Below, piece by piece: positions 26,906-37,438 of a stretch of 64,000 bases of DNA. The stretch's first letter is position 1. Each line of letters starts with the position of its first letter. The notes below the pieces were generated by a model. That model did not search any database, was not told the origin of the DNA, and saw only the letters and a list, made by a program, of their open reading frames with translations. Source of the DNA: a virus (lineage: Duplodnaviria > Heunggongvirae > Uroviricota > Caudoviricetes); the IMG/VR virus record IMGVR_UViG_3300031993_000021; one strand, written 5' to 3'. The position numbers and the translations under genes are program-made.

Positions 26906-28453
26906 ATGGGCGGTAGAAAAAAGATAATGACCGATGTACCGGTCGTTACTGCTGACAACATAATATCGATTATTCAAAAAGCAATCGGTGAGCATAGAGA
27001 AAACGCCGCTAAGATACAGGAATTGTTTGATTTCGAAGAAGGATTTCAGCCGCTTCAGAGAGTAAAGATGTATCGAAGCGACATTGACATAGATGTGACT
27101 GATAACATTGCAAATGAGATTGTAGAGTTTAAGGTTGCTTTGAACTATGGGAATCCCATTTCTTTTAAGAAGCGCGGTCCTGTAGATGGGATGATTGAAG
27201 CAATCCAGATGTGGAATGACCAGTATTTCCTTACGGATTCCGATTCAAGCAATCAGGAACTTGCAAGAAACTTTGAGATTTGTGGTATCGGAAATGTATT
27301 TATAGATATAAACACCGATTATGAGGAAGGCGATTCCTATTATACAAGGACAGTCTTAAATCCAAAGACTTCTTTTGTTATCTATTCATCATATTACTAT
27401 GACCGTAGACCGATGGTAGGTGTAACCTTCCGAAGGGATGAAGATAAAGTAATACATTATACGGCTTTTACAAAAGATTTTAGGTTTGAGATAAAAAATT
27501 GGATGATACTGAATCCCGGAGAAGAAAGAGATATTTGGGAACATGAAAACAGGAGCGGCGAGGAAAATCCGCTTCATGCGATACCGATTATTGAGTATTT
27601 TAGAAGTTATGACAGGATGGGATGCTTTGAAAGACAGATTCCTGCCATGAACAACCTTAATCTTCTTGTTTCTGACTTCTCAAACGACGTGGACCAGAAC
27701 ACACAGGTAGTATGGTGGGCAAATGATTGTGAATTTGAAACCGTACAGGTCGTTAATGACGATGGAACTATTACTGAGAAGATAAAACATCCAAAGTCGA
27801 ATGAATGGCTTCAGACATTCACATCAAGGGATGGCAAGATACCAAAAGTTCAGCCACTTACTGTTAATTACGATTATGCAGGAATGCTGAACAACTATAT
27901 CACTCAGAGAGCTTTGATACTCCAAAAGTGTAACGTGCCTCAGAGGAATGATAATTCCGGAGGAAGCACGGGCGTAGCCATGAGCGATGCGACAGGATGG
28001 AGTGCAGCTGATATTGCGGCTAATAAAGAAGAGATGATTATCTCTAAGAGCATCAGACAGGAGATAAAAGTCATCTGTGCTGCAATAAGAGAGAGTGAAT
28101 GTCCTTTGGATAGCCCGCTCAGAAAAATAAAGCCATCTGATATTGAGCCAAGTATAAAGAGACAGAAGAATTATGAACTTTCAGTAAAGACAACGGCAAT
28201 ATCTAATCTGATTAACATTGGATTTAGCTTGGAAGATACGCTTGATGCTGTTCCGTTATTCCCTGATCCAGCGCAGGTTATTGAGCGCAGTAAAGAGGGA
28301 GTAGAAGCATATCAGGAAACAAAGCTAAAACAGTCTGAAAAAAGTGAAGAAGACAATGCGACACCTGGTTCAGACGATCCGATTTACCAGATTGAAAACA
28401 GCCCAAATATAGATGGAATGAGCATGGATAATGGCGAAGAGGATGAAGATTGA
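26906..28453 (+). CDS. portal protein (SPP1-like)
   Basis: 515 aa after terL; IANEIVEFKVALNYGNP, ENPLHAIPIIEY, SGGSTGVAM. Confidence 0.88.
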   Translation: MGGRKKIMTDVPVVTADNIISIIQKAIGEHRENAAKIQELFDFEEGFQPLQRVKMYRSDIDIDVTDNIANEIVEFKVALNYGNPISFKKRGPVDGMIEAIQMWNDQYFLTDSDSSNQELARNFEICGIGNVFIDINTDYEEGDSYYTRTVLNPKTSFVIYSSYYYDRRPMVGVTFRRDEDKVIHYTAFTKDFRFEIKNWMILNPGEERDIWEHENRSGEENPLHAIPIIEYFRSYDRMGCFERQIPAMNNLNLLVSDFSNDVDQNTQVVWWANDCEFETVQVVNDDGTITEKIKHPKSNEWLQTFTSRDGKIPKVQPLTVNYDYAGMLNNYITQRALILQKCNVPQRNDNSGGSTGVAMSDATGWSAADIAANKEEMIISKSIRQEIKVICAAIRESECPLDSPLRKIKPSDIEPSIKRQKNYELSVKTTAISNLINIGFSLEDTLDAVPLFPDPAQVIERSKEGVEAYQETKLKQSEKSEEDNATPGSDDPIYQIENSPNIDGMSMDNGEEDED

Positions 28454-29087
28454 TGAACTTAATATCTTAAACAGTGAGAATACGCTTGAAGAAGAATCTT
28501 TTGATTACAAAGATTACATGGAGCATTACTTTGATACCATGCAGATAAGCGCAAGACAGAAAAGAGAGCGTATTGAAGAAGCGGAAGAAATATTTGATGC
28601 TATCTTGCTGTTTTTGATATGGTGTGAAGAGAATCCAGAGAACGTGCAAAGAGAAGATACTAAGCGCGAGATGGGAAATCTTTACAAAGAAGTCATCTTT
28701 CAGAATGTAGAGCCTGATGATTTCGTTGATACCTATGTTCTTTTTTTTATAAACAATCTTGTAGAGGTAACAACAGAAAACCAAGGTGATGAATACTTTA
28801 CTTCTGTTGAAAGAGCCACAAAGATTGCTTGTAATGAAGCAAATAGTGTTATCAATTACTCAGAGCTGCAAAAAGCTATTGAACAGGGATATACCTACAA
28901 ACAATGGCATACAGAACTTGATGAGAAGGTACGTGTAACCCATCAGGACATGGAAGGTGTTACGATACCGATAAAACAGCCATTTGCTGTAGGTGGTTCT
29001 TTGATGATGATGCCACACGATATAACATTGGGAGCGGATGCGAAAGAGATAGTTAATTGTAGATGTTCCCTTACTTATCTTGATTAG
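28431..29087 (+). CDS. MuF-like minor head protein
   Basis: KQWHTELDEKVRVTH...PHD...EIVNCRC. Confidence 0.85.
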   Translation: MAKRMKIDELNILNSENTLEEESFDYKDYMEHYFDTMQISARQKRERIEEAEEIFDAILLFLIWCEENPENVQREDTKREMGNLYKEVIFQNVEPDDFVDTYVLFFINNLVEVTTENQGDEYFTSVERATKIACNEANSVINYSELQKAIEQGYTYKQWHTELDEKVRVTHQDMEGVTIPIKQPFAVGGSLMMMPHDITLGADAKEIVNCRCSLTYLD

Positions 29088-29152
29088 GGAAAAATTACGA
29101 AAGCTGTGATGTAGATCATGGCTTTTTTTGTTGTCAAAAAGGAGAAAAAGTC

Positions 29153-29341
29153 ATGATTAAGAGTATTGCAGCGAATACCGCAGACGGTGTAGGACATCTT
29201 GCATGTGATGATGCAAATGACCTTCCAAATCTTCCGAGCTATGCGAAATCAAACAACTTAAAACAGGGAACAGATTGCATCGTGATAGATACTTCTGAGG
29301 TCTACATGATGAAATCGGATTTTTCATTTAAGAAAATCTAA
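29153..29341 (+). CDS. small virion-associated hypothetical protein
   Basis: 62 aa, AAGGAG RBS. Confidence 0.55.
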   Translation: MIKSIAANTADGVGHLACDDANDLPNLPSYAKSNNLKQGTDCIVIDTSEVYMMKSDFSFKKI

Positions 29342-29352
29342 GGAGGAAAGCT

Positions 29353-31545
29353 ATGGATATAATTTCGTATGTACTTTCCAAACGCATTGCTGAAGGGGCG
29401 GTATCAGGCGTTAGTGGTATGTCTGTAGATGGACAGACTTTAAATATAGAGCTTAACGATGGAACACATCTTGAGATGGAATTTCCTACACCGGAAGATG
29501 GTGTTTCTATAACTGACGTTAGTGTTGATTCAAGCAAGCATCTTATCTGCACAATGTCAGACGGAACATCTATTGATGCGGGTGAAGTACCTACTGTTAA
29601 AGGTGATGATGGTGAGCCGGGAGCGGATGGAGAAGACGGAGAATCTGCTTATGAGATTGCTGTTGATGAAGGATATGTTGGCACTAAGGAAGAGTGGCTT
29701 TCATCTTTAAAGGGCGATGATGGCTTTTCACCTGAGATAGTAGTTAAGACAAGCACATCTGAGCAGTACATCCTTACAATCACCACAAAGGAAGGTTCTT
29801 TTGACACGCCCAACTTAAAAGGCAGCGGAGCAGAAGCTTTAGCTGACCTTGATGATGTTCAGCTTACAAGCCTTACGACAGGTCAGATTCTTAAATGGGA
29901 TGGGACCAAGTGGGTAAATGAAGATGGAATAGAGATTGATTCTCTTGGAGATATTAACGATGTTGATCTTGGAACGCTTGTGGACGGACAGGTTCTTTCA
30001 TGGGATGCAACAAACAGTAAGTGGGTTAATGCAGATGCAGTAAATCCCACACAGTTTGAAACCATGCCGACAGCATCAGAATATCCCCAGGCAGTGATTC
30101 AGTATATCGGAGCTGACACAGGTACATATAAGAGAGGATACTTCTACAGGTCAAATCCTTCTGTTGAGAGCGGAAGCGTTGTTTATACATGGGGACAGAT
30201 TGATGTTCAGCCAAGTAACTCAGATTATGAGCAGCTTTCAAACCTTCCACAGATTGACAGTATAGAGATTATCGGCAATAAGTCACTTGATGACTTTGGA
30301 ATACAGGGGAAAGTTCAGTTTTCTACTTTACCTGCTGCAACAGTTGAGAACGCTGGAAAGATTGTTCAGTACATCGGAACAACAACAGCGGCTCTTAAGA
30401 AGGGATACTTCTATCAGTCAGCATATGACGTTGAATCAGGTGATTATGTCTGGGTGCAGGTAGATGTATCAAGCAACAGTGCTTTAGAAAGCAGATTAGA
30501 TACTGTTGAGGATAACATAGGTGATATGTCAACTCTTGAAGTTGTTGGCGTAAGTGACCTTGTTGAGGCTGCAAATGCACTTAACGCAAAAGGGCTTAGC
30601 ACAATCACATATGTTGAACCTAATTTAGTTCTTACATATGCCGATGGTTCAGTTATCCGGTTTAACGTAAGGGATTCCATCCTGGATGAAACACAGATTG
30701 GTGAACTTGCAAACGTAACCGATACAGCGATAGCAAATGGTAACGTTTTGCAGTATGACTCAGCAATCTTAGGATACAAACCTTATGATATCGGTGCTGC
30801 ACTGACAGCGCTTTTAAATTCAGCAAAAGATTACACGGACCAGGAGATAGCAGGAGCAGTTCAGGACGATGCGTTTATCGTAGATGCAAAACCTGTTTGT
30901 AGTTATGATTCCGGAGCAGATGAATATATTGTTGTTTACTATCAGAACGGCGTTGTTCATACAACAACGGATACCACAGCAAGATTCTACTATAAAGTAA
31001 GCTCTGATCCGTATTGCACATCTTGGTTTGTAACAGGAGATCCTTCAGTAGATCCAGTTGAATTTACATATCTTCTTAGTACGCCTGATTTTGATGATTA
31101 TGTCAATAAGAACACGGACGTAACATCAATATATACAACCGATATGGTTGATAAGAGCAAGATTCCTAATGTAGCAGCTCTTGATGCTCTTATGGCAATA
31201 GTTAACACAGCACTTGCACTTAAGATTAATACATCAAGCATTGTTGATTCGCTTATTTCACAGGATGCAACAAAAGTCCTGTCGGCTAATCAGGGTTATG
31301 TGATAAGTGGTCTTATTGATGATAAGAATGACCAGATGCAGTTTACGACAATGCCAAGTGCGGATTCAACTCTTGATGGTGTTGTTTATCAGTACGTAGG
31401 AACATCAAGTCAAGCATATACAAAAGGTGCTTTCTATACATGCACTTACGATGAAGATAATGATACATGGTATTGGAAAGAAGTAGAGTTTGCCCCGGAC
31501 ATGGTTGCAATTACGACAGCCGAAGTTGATGCGCTTTGGGCATAA
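29353..31545 (+). CDS. repeat-rich fibre protein with collagen-like segment
   Basis: KGDDGEPGADGEDGESAYEIAV; LxDLxDV..GQxLxWD..KWVN repeats; three F.T.P.A...QYIG...KGxFY modules. Confidence 0.7.
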   Translation: MDIISYVLSKRIAEGAVSGVSGMSVDGQTLNIELNDGTHLEMEFPTPEDGVSITDVSVDSSKHLICTMSDGTSIDAGEVPTVKGDDGEPGADGEDGESAYEIAVDEGYVGTKEEWLSSLKGDDGFSPEIVVKTSTSEQYILTITTKEGSFDTPNLKGSGAEALADLDDVQLTSLTTGQILKWDGTKWVNEDGIEIDSLGDINDVDLGTLVDGQVLSWDATNSKWVNADAVNPTQFETMPTASEYPQAVIQYIGADTGTYKRGYFYRSNPSVESGSVVYTWGQIDVQPSNSDYEQLSNLPQIDSIEIIGNKSLDDFGIQGKVQFSTLPAATVENAGKIVQYIGTTTAALKKGYFYQSAYDVESGDYVWVQVDVSSNSALESRLDTVEDNIGDMSTLEVVGVSDLVEAANALNAKGLSTITYVEPNLVLTYADGSVIRFNVRDSILDETQIGELANVTDTAIANGNVLQYDSAILGYKPYDIGAALTALLNSAKDYTDQEIAGAVQDDAFIVDAKPVCSYDSGADEYIVVYYQNGVVHTTTDTTARFYYKVSSDPYCTSWFVTGDPSVDPVEFTYLLSTPDFDDYVNKNTDVTSIYTTDMVDKSKIPNVAALDALMAIVNTALALKINTSSIVDSLISQDATKVLSANQGYVISGLIDDKNDQMQFTTMPSADSTLDGVVYQYVGTSSQAYTKGAFYTCTYDEDNDTWYWKEVEFAPDMVAITTAEVDALWA

Positions 31546-31556
31546 GGAGATAAAAA

Positions 31557-33266
31557 ATGAGCTTAAAATATGCTGATGAGACAACTTTACAGGAAATGGT
31601 CGTAAAGACTAAACAACATGTTGAGTCAGTTCGTTCTACGCTAGACTTAGCTAAACAGAACAAGATGGAATTAGCCACAATGCCGCAAGCCTCAGAGGAT
31701 TATCTGGGGCTTGTAGTTATTTATACAGGTGTTACTAATTCCACATACACACACGGATATATTTACGAATGTGTTTCTGATGGTGGAGATCCCGCTACAT
31801 ATTCTTGGCAGCAGATTACCGTTCAGGATAGTGTGCAGGTTGATGGTACTACTATTGTCAAAGACAGTCAGACAGATATTATCTCGGCAGCTGTTGCTAC
31901 AAACAATACTGTTGGCGTAGTTAAGAGCGGTGATGGAACAAGTATCGCGGCAAACGGTGGAGTAGATGTAACAGATAGGCTGAGAGAAGAGTATGTTGAT
32001 GATCCTGGAAGCACCGTTCAAGACGTGGGCAGATTTGCTTTAAATACAACTGAACACGGCGATTATAAGAAGGGCGGTATTTATCAGCTTGTAAGTACTC
32101 AGGTTACTCCTGTGGGAACAGAAAATCCCAGTGATGAGGGCTGGTATGAATATGACAGCACAAATCAGGAATATGAGTTATCTGAAGATGTTACAGTAGA
32201 TGTTCAAAAGACATACTACACAATCGCATGGGTTTTAGTAAGCGCCAATTCAACAGAGTTTGATAGCGATGATTTTGATGTGGTCGGTGATAATGTAAGC
32301 CTTGACGTGTCTCAGAGAACATTCACAGGAACAAGAGATGAGTGGGATACATTAAGTAGCTCAGAAAAAGCACTCTACAAGCAAGTTGCACTTACTGATG
32401 ATGAGGTTGCTTCACACGCTGATACCGATAATGAAATTGCAGATATGAATAATATCTTAGGTGCGAAGAATCTTTTGCCTGTAACAATGGTTTCGCAAGT
32501 TTTATCCGGAATTACATTTACTGTGGATGCTTCAAGCGGAGTAATAAGCGTAAGTGGAAGCAATTCTGGAAGTCCTTTTAGTGATGTTCTTGGAATAACT
32601 ACACTAACTCCTGGAACATATAAAGTGACAACAGGACAGACACCTGAGTTAAATGCACAGATTGGAATAGCTATAACGGATGCTTCTTCTGGAACAATTA
32701 TAGCGCGTAGTTGGAATGGAACTGAAGTTTTTACAATTTCTTCAAACACTCAAGTGAGATTTCATATAGAAGTAAATGTTACAGGAGCAATCACTTCAAC
32801 AGTCGTTTATCCAATGTGTAGACCTTTATCAATTAAAGATGAGAAATATGTGCCATATGCACCGACTAACCGAGCGTTGACTTTGCGAGTTAGCAGTTTT
32901 GAAAAAAAGTTTAATACTCAAGTTAGTATGACCGTCCAACCAAATACGACATATTTTAATGCCGCTTCGTCTCAAAGTTGCGCAGCATTAAAAATCGGTT
33001 ATCTTGTTGTGATGAACTTAGTTTTATCAGTTAAAGATAACGTGACGGTTCCTGCTGGCACATTAGCATGCACTATTACCAATGTTGGAGCAATAAGCGC
33101 TAACAGCTCGATTTTCCTCGGAGGTAATGGTACATCAAACATCACAAGGTTAATGCTTAGGAGAAATCAATCAAATTCCGATAATCTTGATGTTTACTTT
33201 ATCGATTCTTATAGTAATAGTTCAATGAGAGCATCGCTTGTATTTATGGTCAATACTATTGTTTGA
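31557..33266 (+). CDS. fibre/adhesin protein
   Basis: shares NILGxKNxLP...VYPMxRP..YVPYxxTN module with next gene; unique C-terminal domain. Confidence 0.7.
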   Translation: MSLKYADETTLQEMVVKTKQHVESVRSTLDLAKQNKMELATMPQASEDYLGLVVIYTGVTNSTYTHGYIYECVSDGGDPATYSWQQITVQDSVQVDGTTIVKDSQTDIISAAVATNNTVGVVKSGDGTSIAANGGVDVTDRLREEYVDDPGSTVQDVGRFALNTTEHGDYKKGGIYQLVSTQVTPVGTENPSDEGWYEYDSTNQEYELSEDVTVDVQKTYYTIAWVLVSANSTEFDSDDFDVVGDNVSLDVSQRTFTGTRDEWDTLSSSEKALYKQVALTDDEVASHADTDNEIADMNNILGAKNLLPVTMVSQVLSGITFTVDASSGVISVSGSNSGSPFSDVLGITTLTPGTYKVTTGQTPELNAQIGIAITDASSGTIIARSWNGTEVFTISSNTQVRFHIEVNVTGAITSTVVYPMCRPLSIKDEKYVPYAPTNRALTLRVSSFEKKFNTQVSMTVQPNTTYFNAASSQSCAALKIGYLVVMNLVLSVKDNVTVPAGTLACTITNVGAISANSSIFLGGNGTSNITRLMLRRNQSNSDNLDVYFIDSYSNSSMRASLVFMVNTIV

Positions 33267-33316
33267 TTGATGCATTTTATAAACATTGAGACCACGAGTT
33301 TAGGAAGGAGAGAACA

Positions 33317-34840
33317 GTGGGATTATATGAAAATACACAAGATGGATTAAAACTTATAGCGGGTTCGACTCTATATGCAGATTTAGCTGTGGGTTCGATT
33401 ATACCTTTTGGTGGTTCTGTGATACCTACATCTTTCCTTCTTTGTGATGGAAGTGCTATAAGTAGAACAGGATATGCAGAGCTGTTTGCAGCTATAGGAA
33501 CAGCATTTGGCACAGGTGATGGAAGTACAACGTTTAATCTTCCTGATCTAAGAGAGTCCGTACCAAAGGGTGCAGGAGAGACAGGACAGACAGTTGGCGC
33601 TCATGTAAAGAGCGGTGGTCTTGCTGTCGGTGAGTTCTTGGATGATAGAATACAAGACCATACGCATGAGCTTTCAGAAACACCTAATTTTTCTTATTTA
33701 ACTGGTGAGGGAAACTATAAAGTTGTTCCTGTTTCTAGTGGTTCTACTCCAACTGGTACAGTCTCAAACACTTATAGATATGGTGCTACCACCGAAGTCA
33801 AATCAGTAGGTGTCAACTACATCATCAAAGCAAAACCGGTTGCAGTTCCAGCTGATTTCATCGATGCAGCAGAAGATTATATCGATGGAAAGTTAGCTGA
33901 TAAGCAGTCAACATACGCAGCTGATTCTACAAAATGGGATGCAGCACCTACCACAGGAAGCACAAAGCCTGTCATAAGTGATGGAATAAAGACACAGTTT
34001 GATTTAGTACATAATGAGCTTTCTGATGTAAATAATATCCTTGGTTCAAAGAATATCCTGCCAAACAGTGCTACAACACAGGTAATAAATGGTATCACAT
34101 ATACTGTTGCAGCTGATGGTAGTGTAAATGTAAACGGAACAGCTACGGCTGATTCTATTTTGCATATTATTCCTGGAACGATAGGAAAGCTTAGCAATAT
34201 ATTCTCCAAGGGTGGAAATTATATTATCTCCGCAGGAACAACAGGAACAGGAGTTGATGTTTTCTTTGGTCTTGAGTACACAGGCACAACTTGGGATATT
34301 GGAGAATGGCTTAAATATACAACGCAGCTCTCAAAGGAAATATATATTGACGGAACGAAATTAAATAACAGTTCATCCTATATAGAGAGCTATATAAAGG
34401 TAAATAGCGGAACTACAGTAAGTAACATCAAAGTATATCCTATGCTTAGACCGTCGTCGGTTAGGGATGATACATATGTTCCTTATAGCAAGACGAATTA
34501 TGAACTTACTGAGGAAAATAAAGAACTTAGTTCGGAAATTAGCAATTTTGCGCACACCGTGTCTGGCAATAAAGTTGATATAACACCATATAATTCAAGC
34601 TCTAATGCTTATACAGCGCAATCAGATGGATATTTATATCTAAATAATCAGAACAACCCTAACTTGACAATATTGGTATATATCAATGACTCAGCGGGTT
34701 ATTCAATCGGTGGATGTAGACATTTTTCGGGCGGAACAACGTTCCAAATAACATCCTTATATGTCAAAAAAGGACTTAAGCTTTACAGAGCCGATGGTTC
34801 AAGTGCAGGCGTTGCATGGTTTTTCCCGCTTGAATCCTAA
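33317..34840 (+). CDS. tail-collar-domain fibre protein with switchable C-terminus
   Basis: GSIIPFGG..LLCDGSAISRTGYAELFAAIGTAFGTGDGSTTFNLPDLR collar motif; crossover site at codon 409. Confidence 0.85.
   Translation: MGLYENTQDGLKLIAGSTLYADLAVGSIIPFGGSVIPTSFLLCDGSAISRTGYAELFAAIGTAFGTGDGSTTFNLPDLRESVPKGAGETGQTVGAHVKSGGLAVGEFLDDRIQDHTHELSETPNFSYLTGEGNYKVVPVSSGSTPTGTVSNTYRYGATTEVKSVGVNYIIKAKPVAVPADFIDAAEDYIDGKLADKQSTYAADSTKWDAAPTTGSTKPVISDGIKTQFDLVHNELSDVNNILGSKNILPNSATTQVINGITYTVAADGSVNVNGTATADSILHIIPGTIGKLSNIFSKGGNYIISAGTTGTGVDVFFGLEYTGTTWDIGEWLKYTTQLSKEIYIDGTKLNNSSSYIESYIKVNSGTTVSNIKVYPMLRPSSVRDDTYVPYSKTNYELTEENKELSSEISNFAHTVSGNKVDITPYNSSSNAYTAQSDGYLYLNNQNNPNLTILVYINDSAGYSIGGCRHFSGGTTFQITSLYVKKGLKLYRADGSSAGVAWFFPLES
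34531..34555 (+). repeat. invertase crossover site (left)
   Basis: ttcggaaattagcaattttgcgcac; 20/25 to the reverse complement of 35216-35240. Confidence 0.75.
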
Positions 34841-34924
34841 ATTAATAGAGTTCCTTTAATCGAATTTCGACGATAAATTTGCTATAAACAAAAATATTTA
34901 ATAAGTAAACGAATTTGTTTAGCT

Positions 34925-35230
34925 TTAGATAGGCATAAGCGGATAGAAGTAAGCTGTTCTATGGTCAGTTGTTCCGCCCAATTTAACTTTTAAGCCCTTT
35001 CGGATAAAGAGTGCTAAATAGGGTGTTGAATATAAGCCTGCATTTGGCGGTGAACTTACATTCAATACATCACGATTTGTATTTTCAATTTGCAACCAAG
35101 CATAACGACCTTGTGCATTATCAAACGTTATTGTAACGTAACCATCACAAGGAATTTCGTGCCAATAACTGTCTGTCCAACTTGTGAACCCCGTTGTATC
35201 GAGCTTGTAAGATTGGTTCGCTAAATTGCT
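34925..35230 (-). pseudogene. silent, start-less alternative C-terminal cassette of the fibre gene (101 aa)
   Basis: SNLANQSYKL...CDGYVT...LFIRKGLKVK...AYFYPLMPI* homologous to SNFAH...SDGYLY...LYVKKGLKL...AWFFPLES*. Confidence 0.85.
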
Positions 35231-35240
35231 ATATTACGAA
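35216..35240 (-). repeat. invertase crossover site (right, inverted)
   Basis: reverse complement ttcgtaatatagcaatttagcgaac. Confidence 0.75.
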
Positions 35241-35471
35241 GATCTTAACTTGCTGGTAAGAGAATATATTATCTTTTAAAACGCAAAAAACGCTTATTTT
35301 AGGGAAAAGCTAACTTGCTTTTAATTTGCTGATATACCATTAGTAGGTATAAACAGTAACGCTGATGCTACGTGCAAAGGCTGTTGGTTTTTTAGATACA
35401 TAAAGAATCTAAAATAGGAACTCAAATGATTTGAGTTGTTATTGAAAGAAATTAAACCTCCTGTCAATATA

Positions 35472-36476
35472 ATGGCAGGAGGTGATTTTGTGGAAGAAGT
35501 AATAAACAAAATTGTAAATGCGATGGATGATTTAACTCCGGAGCAGATAAGGAAATTAAAGAATGTATTGGTTATAAATCTCAGCAACCGATATGAACAA
35601 AAGAACGAGGTTTGTACAAGCTTAAGTAGTTGGGAGATGCTATTAAATAATTATCTTGGCTGTAAAAAGCTTGAAAACTGTTCTAACGGTACGCTAAAGA
35701 ACTATCAGAGAATTGTAAGGATTATGTATTCTCAGATAGGAAAAGATATTAGGGATATAACAGCTAATGATCTTAGATTGTTTATGGCAAGATACATTGA
35801 GCAGCGAAAGATTTCTACACGATATTCTGAGACGATAAGGCTTACGCTTTGTGCGTTTTTTCAATGGTGTCAGAATGAGGAAATCATAACTGCGAACCCG
35901 GCTAGAAAGTTGCAAAGAATAAAGATTCCTAAAATGCTTAGAAAGCCCTACACAGCAGAGGAAAGGCTAAGGCTTACAAGAGCTGCTAAAAATATAAGGG
36001 ACATAGCAATAATGGAAGTACTTTATAGTACAGCTGCTAGACTGGGTGAGATTTTAGCATTGAATATAGACGATATCAAATTTATTGGAAATAAAGCTGA
36101 AATCATCATCTACGGGCAAAAAGGCAAGGCAGAAAGAAAGGTATATCTTTCAGAAGAAAGTGTCTACTTTCTGAGAAGATACTTGGAATCAAGAACTGAT
36201 AATGATCCAGCACTTTTTGTTTCTTTGCGTAAACCGCATAAGAGGATTGATGAAAGAGCTGTTCAGCGAATGATAAAGGATATAGGTGAAAGATGTGGAA
36301 TTAAGGCACATCCTCACAAGTTTAGAAGAACACTCTTAACAGACATGAGTAAGCGTGGAGCAAGTATTCAGGATATTAAGGAATACGCCGGTCATGCAAA
36401 GATTGAAACGACTATGCTTTATGTTTCTGTTAATGAAGAATCGGTCAAAGCCGCATTTGATAGATTTATAAGTTGA
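35472..36476 (+). CDS. tyrosine recombinase (likely fibre-cassette invertase)
   Basis: TAARLGEI (R), GQKGK, HPHKFRRT (HxxR), GHAKIETTMLY (H, Y); adjacent to inverted cassette; start uncertain. Confidence 0.9.
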   Translation: MAGGDFVEEVINKIVNAMDDLTPEQIRKLKNVLVINLSNRYEQKNEVCTSLSSWEMLLNNYLGCKKLENCSNGTLKNYQRIVRIMYSQIGKDIRDITANDLRLFMARYIEQRKISTRYSETIRLTLCAFFQWCQNEEIITANPARKLQRIKIPKMLRKPYTAEERLRLTRAAKNIRDIAIMEVLYSTAARLGEILALNIDDIKFIGNKAEIIIYGQKGKAERKVYLSEESVYFLRRYLESRTDNDPALFVSLRKPHKRIDERAVQRMIKDIGERCGIKAHPHKFRRTLLTDMSKRGASIQDIKEYAGHAKIETTMLYVSVNEESVKAAFDRFIS

Positions 36477-36576
36477 AAATACTAAAATATAGGCTTTTAG
36501 AAGCTGTCCGAGAGGATGGCTTATTTTGCGTGTATTTTTTTATAAACATTTATGAGAAGACGAAAGGAGAAGTATT

Positions 36577-37074
36577 ATGTTTAGACTTGTTGAAATCACA
36601 AGGAGTGCGGATAATGAAACTCAGGCACTAAGAGAGTATGCATCAGAGGTAGAAGCAAGTGGAGAATTGCATTACAGGCTTGGAACAGCAATGAAAGATG
36701 AAAACACTCAGGTAAAACTTCTTCTCTTGCTTAATAATATCGGTGAGGTTGTAGAAAGCGGAAGCCATTTTAAGACTCATGAAGTTGAAGAAGTAGTTGA
36801 AACTGAGAATGGCGAAACGGAGACAATCACCACTGAAGTAGAGTATGAGGTTAGCCCAAGACTTATCGACGTAAAGGTAACAGACAGTGAAGTTGGTAAT
36901 ATTGCCAAATACGATACAAACCTCGATGTAGTAGCAAACTATCATAGCAAGCTTGGTTCTGCTAAGAAAAACGCAGATGTAAAAGCAATTATGCTTAGAG
37001 GTATCGATGGCAAAGGAAACCAGCTTGAGTATACATATTGGGTTAGACCGGCAACCGTACCTAGTGAATCATAA
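36577..37074 (+). CDS. hypothetical protein with internal duplication
   Basis: two H..LG.A.K......I/L repeats. Confidence 0.6.
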   Translation: MFRLVEITRSADNETQALREYASEVEASGELHYRLGTAMKDENTQVKLLLLLNNIGEVVESGSHFKTHEVEEVVETENGETETITTEVEYEVSPRLIDVKVTDSEVGNIAKYDTNLDVVANYHSKLGSAKKNADVKAIMLRGIDGKGNQLEYTYWVRPATVPSES

Positions 37075-37087
37075 ATGAGGGCAGAAT

Positions 37088-37426
37088 ATGTTTACAACGG
37101 GACAGATTTGGGGCTTTTTAGTTGTACTTATAGGACTTATCCTTACGATATTAAACATCATAGAGAAAGCAATCCTTCTTAAAGCAAGGTCGAAAGAACC
37201 ACAGGCAAAATTAGAGAGCAGGATAGTGGCTCTTGAAACATGGAGATTAGAAGTGAACCAGAGACTTGATAAGGACGAAGAACACTTTGACAAGATTGAT
37301 GAAGGAAACAAGGTGACGCAGCAGGCGCTTCTTGCGTTAATGGATGCTGCCTTGTCGGATGATGGAAGCAAGGGTGAACTTAAATCAGCAAGAAAAGACT
37401 TATATGAATATCTGTCAAAGAAATAG
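37088..37426 (+). CDS. membrane-anchored coiled-coil protein (holin/XhlA-like)
   Basis: N-terminal TM IWGFLVVLIGLILTILNII followed by coiled coil. Confidence 0.55.
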   Translation: MFTTGQIWGFLVVLIGLILTILNIIEKAILLKARSKEPQAKLESRIVALETWRLEVNQRLDKDEEHFDKIDEGNKVTQQALLALMDAALSDDGSKGELKSARKDLYEYLSKK

Positions 37427-37438
37427 AAAGGAGACACT

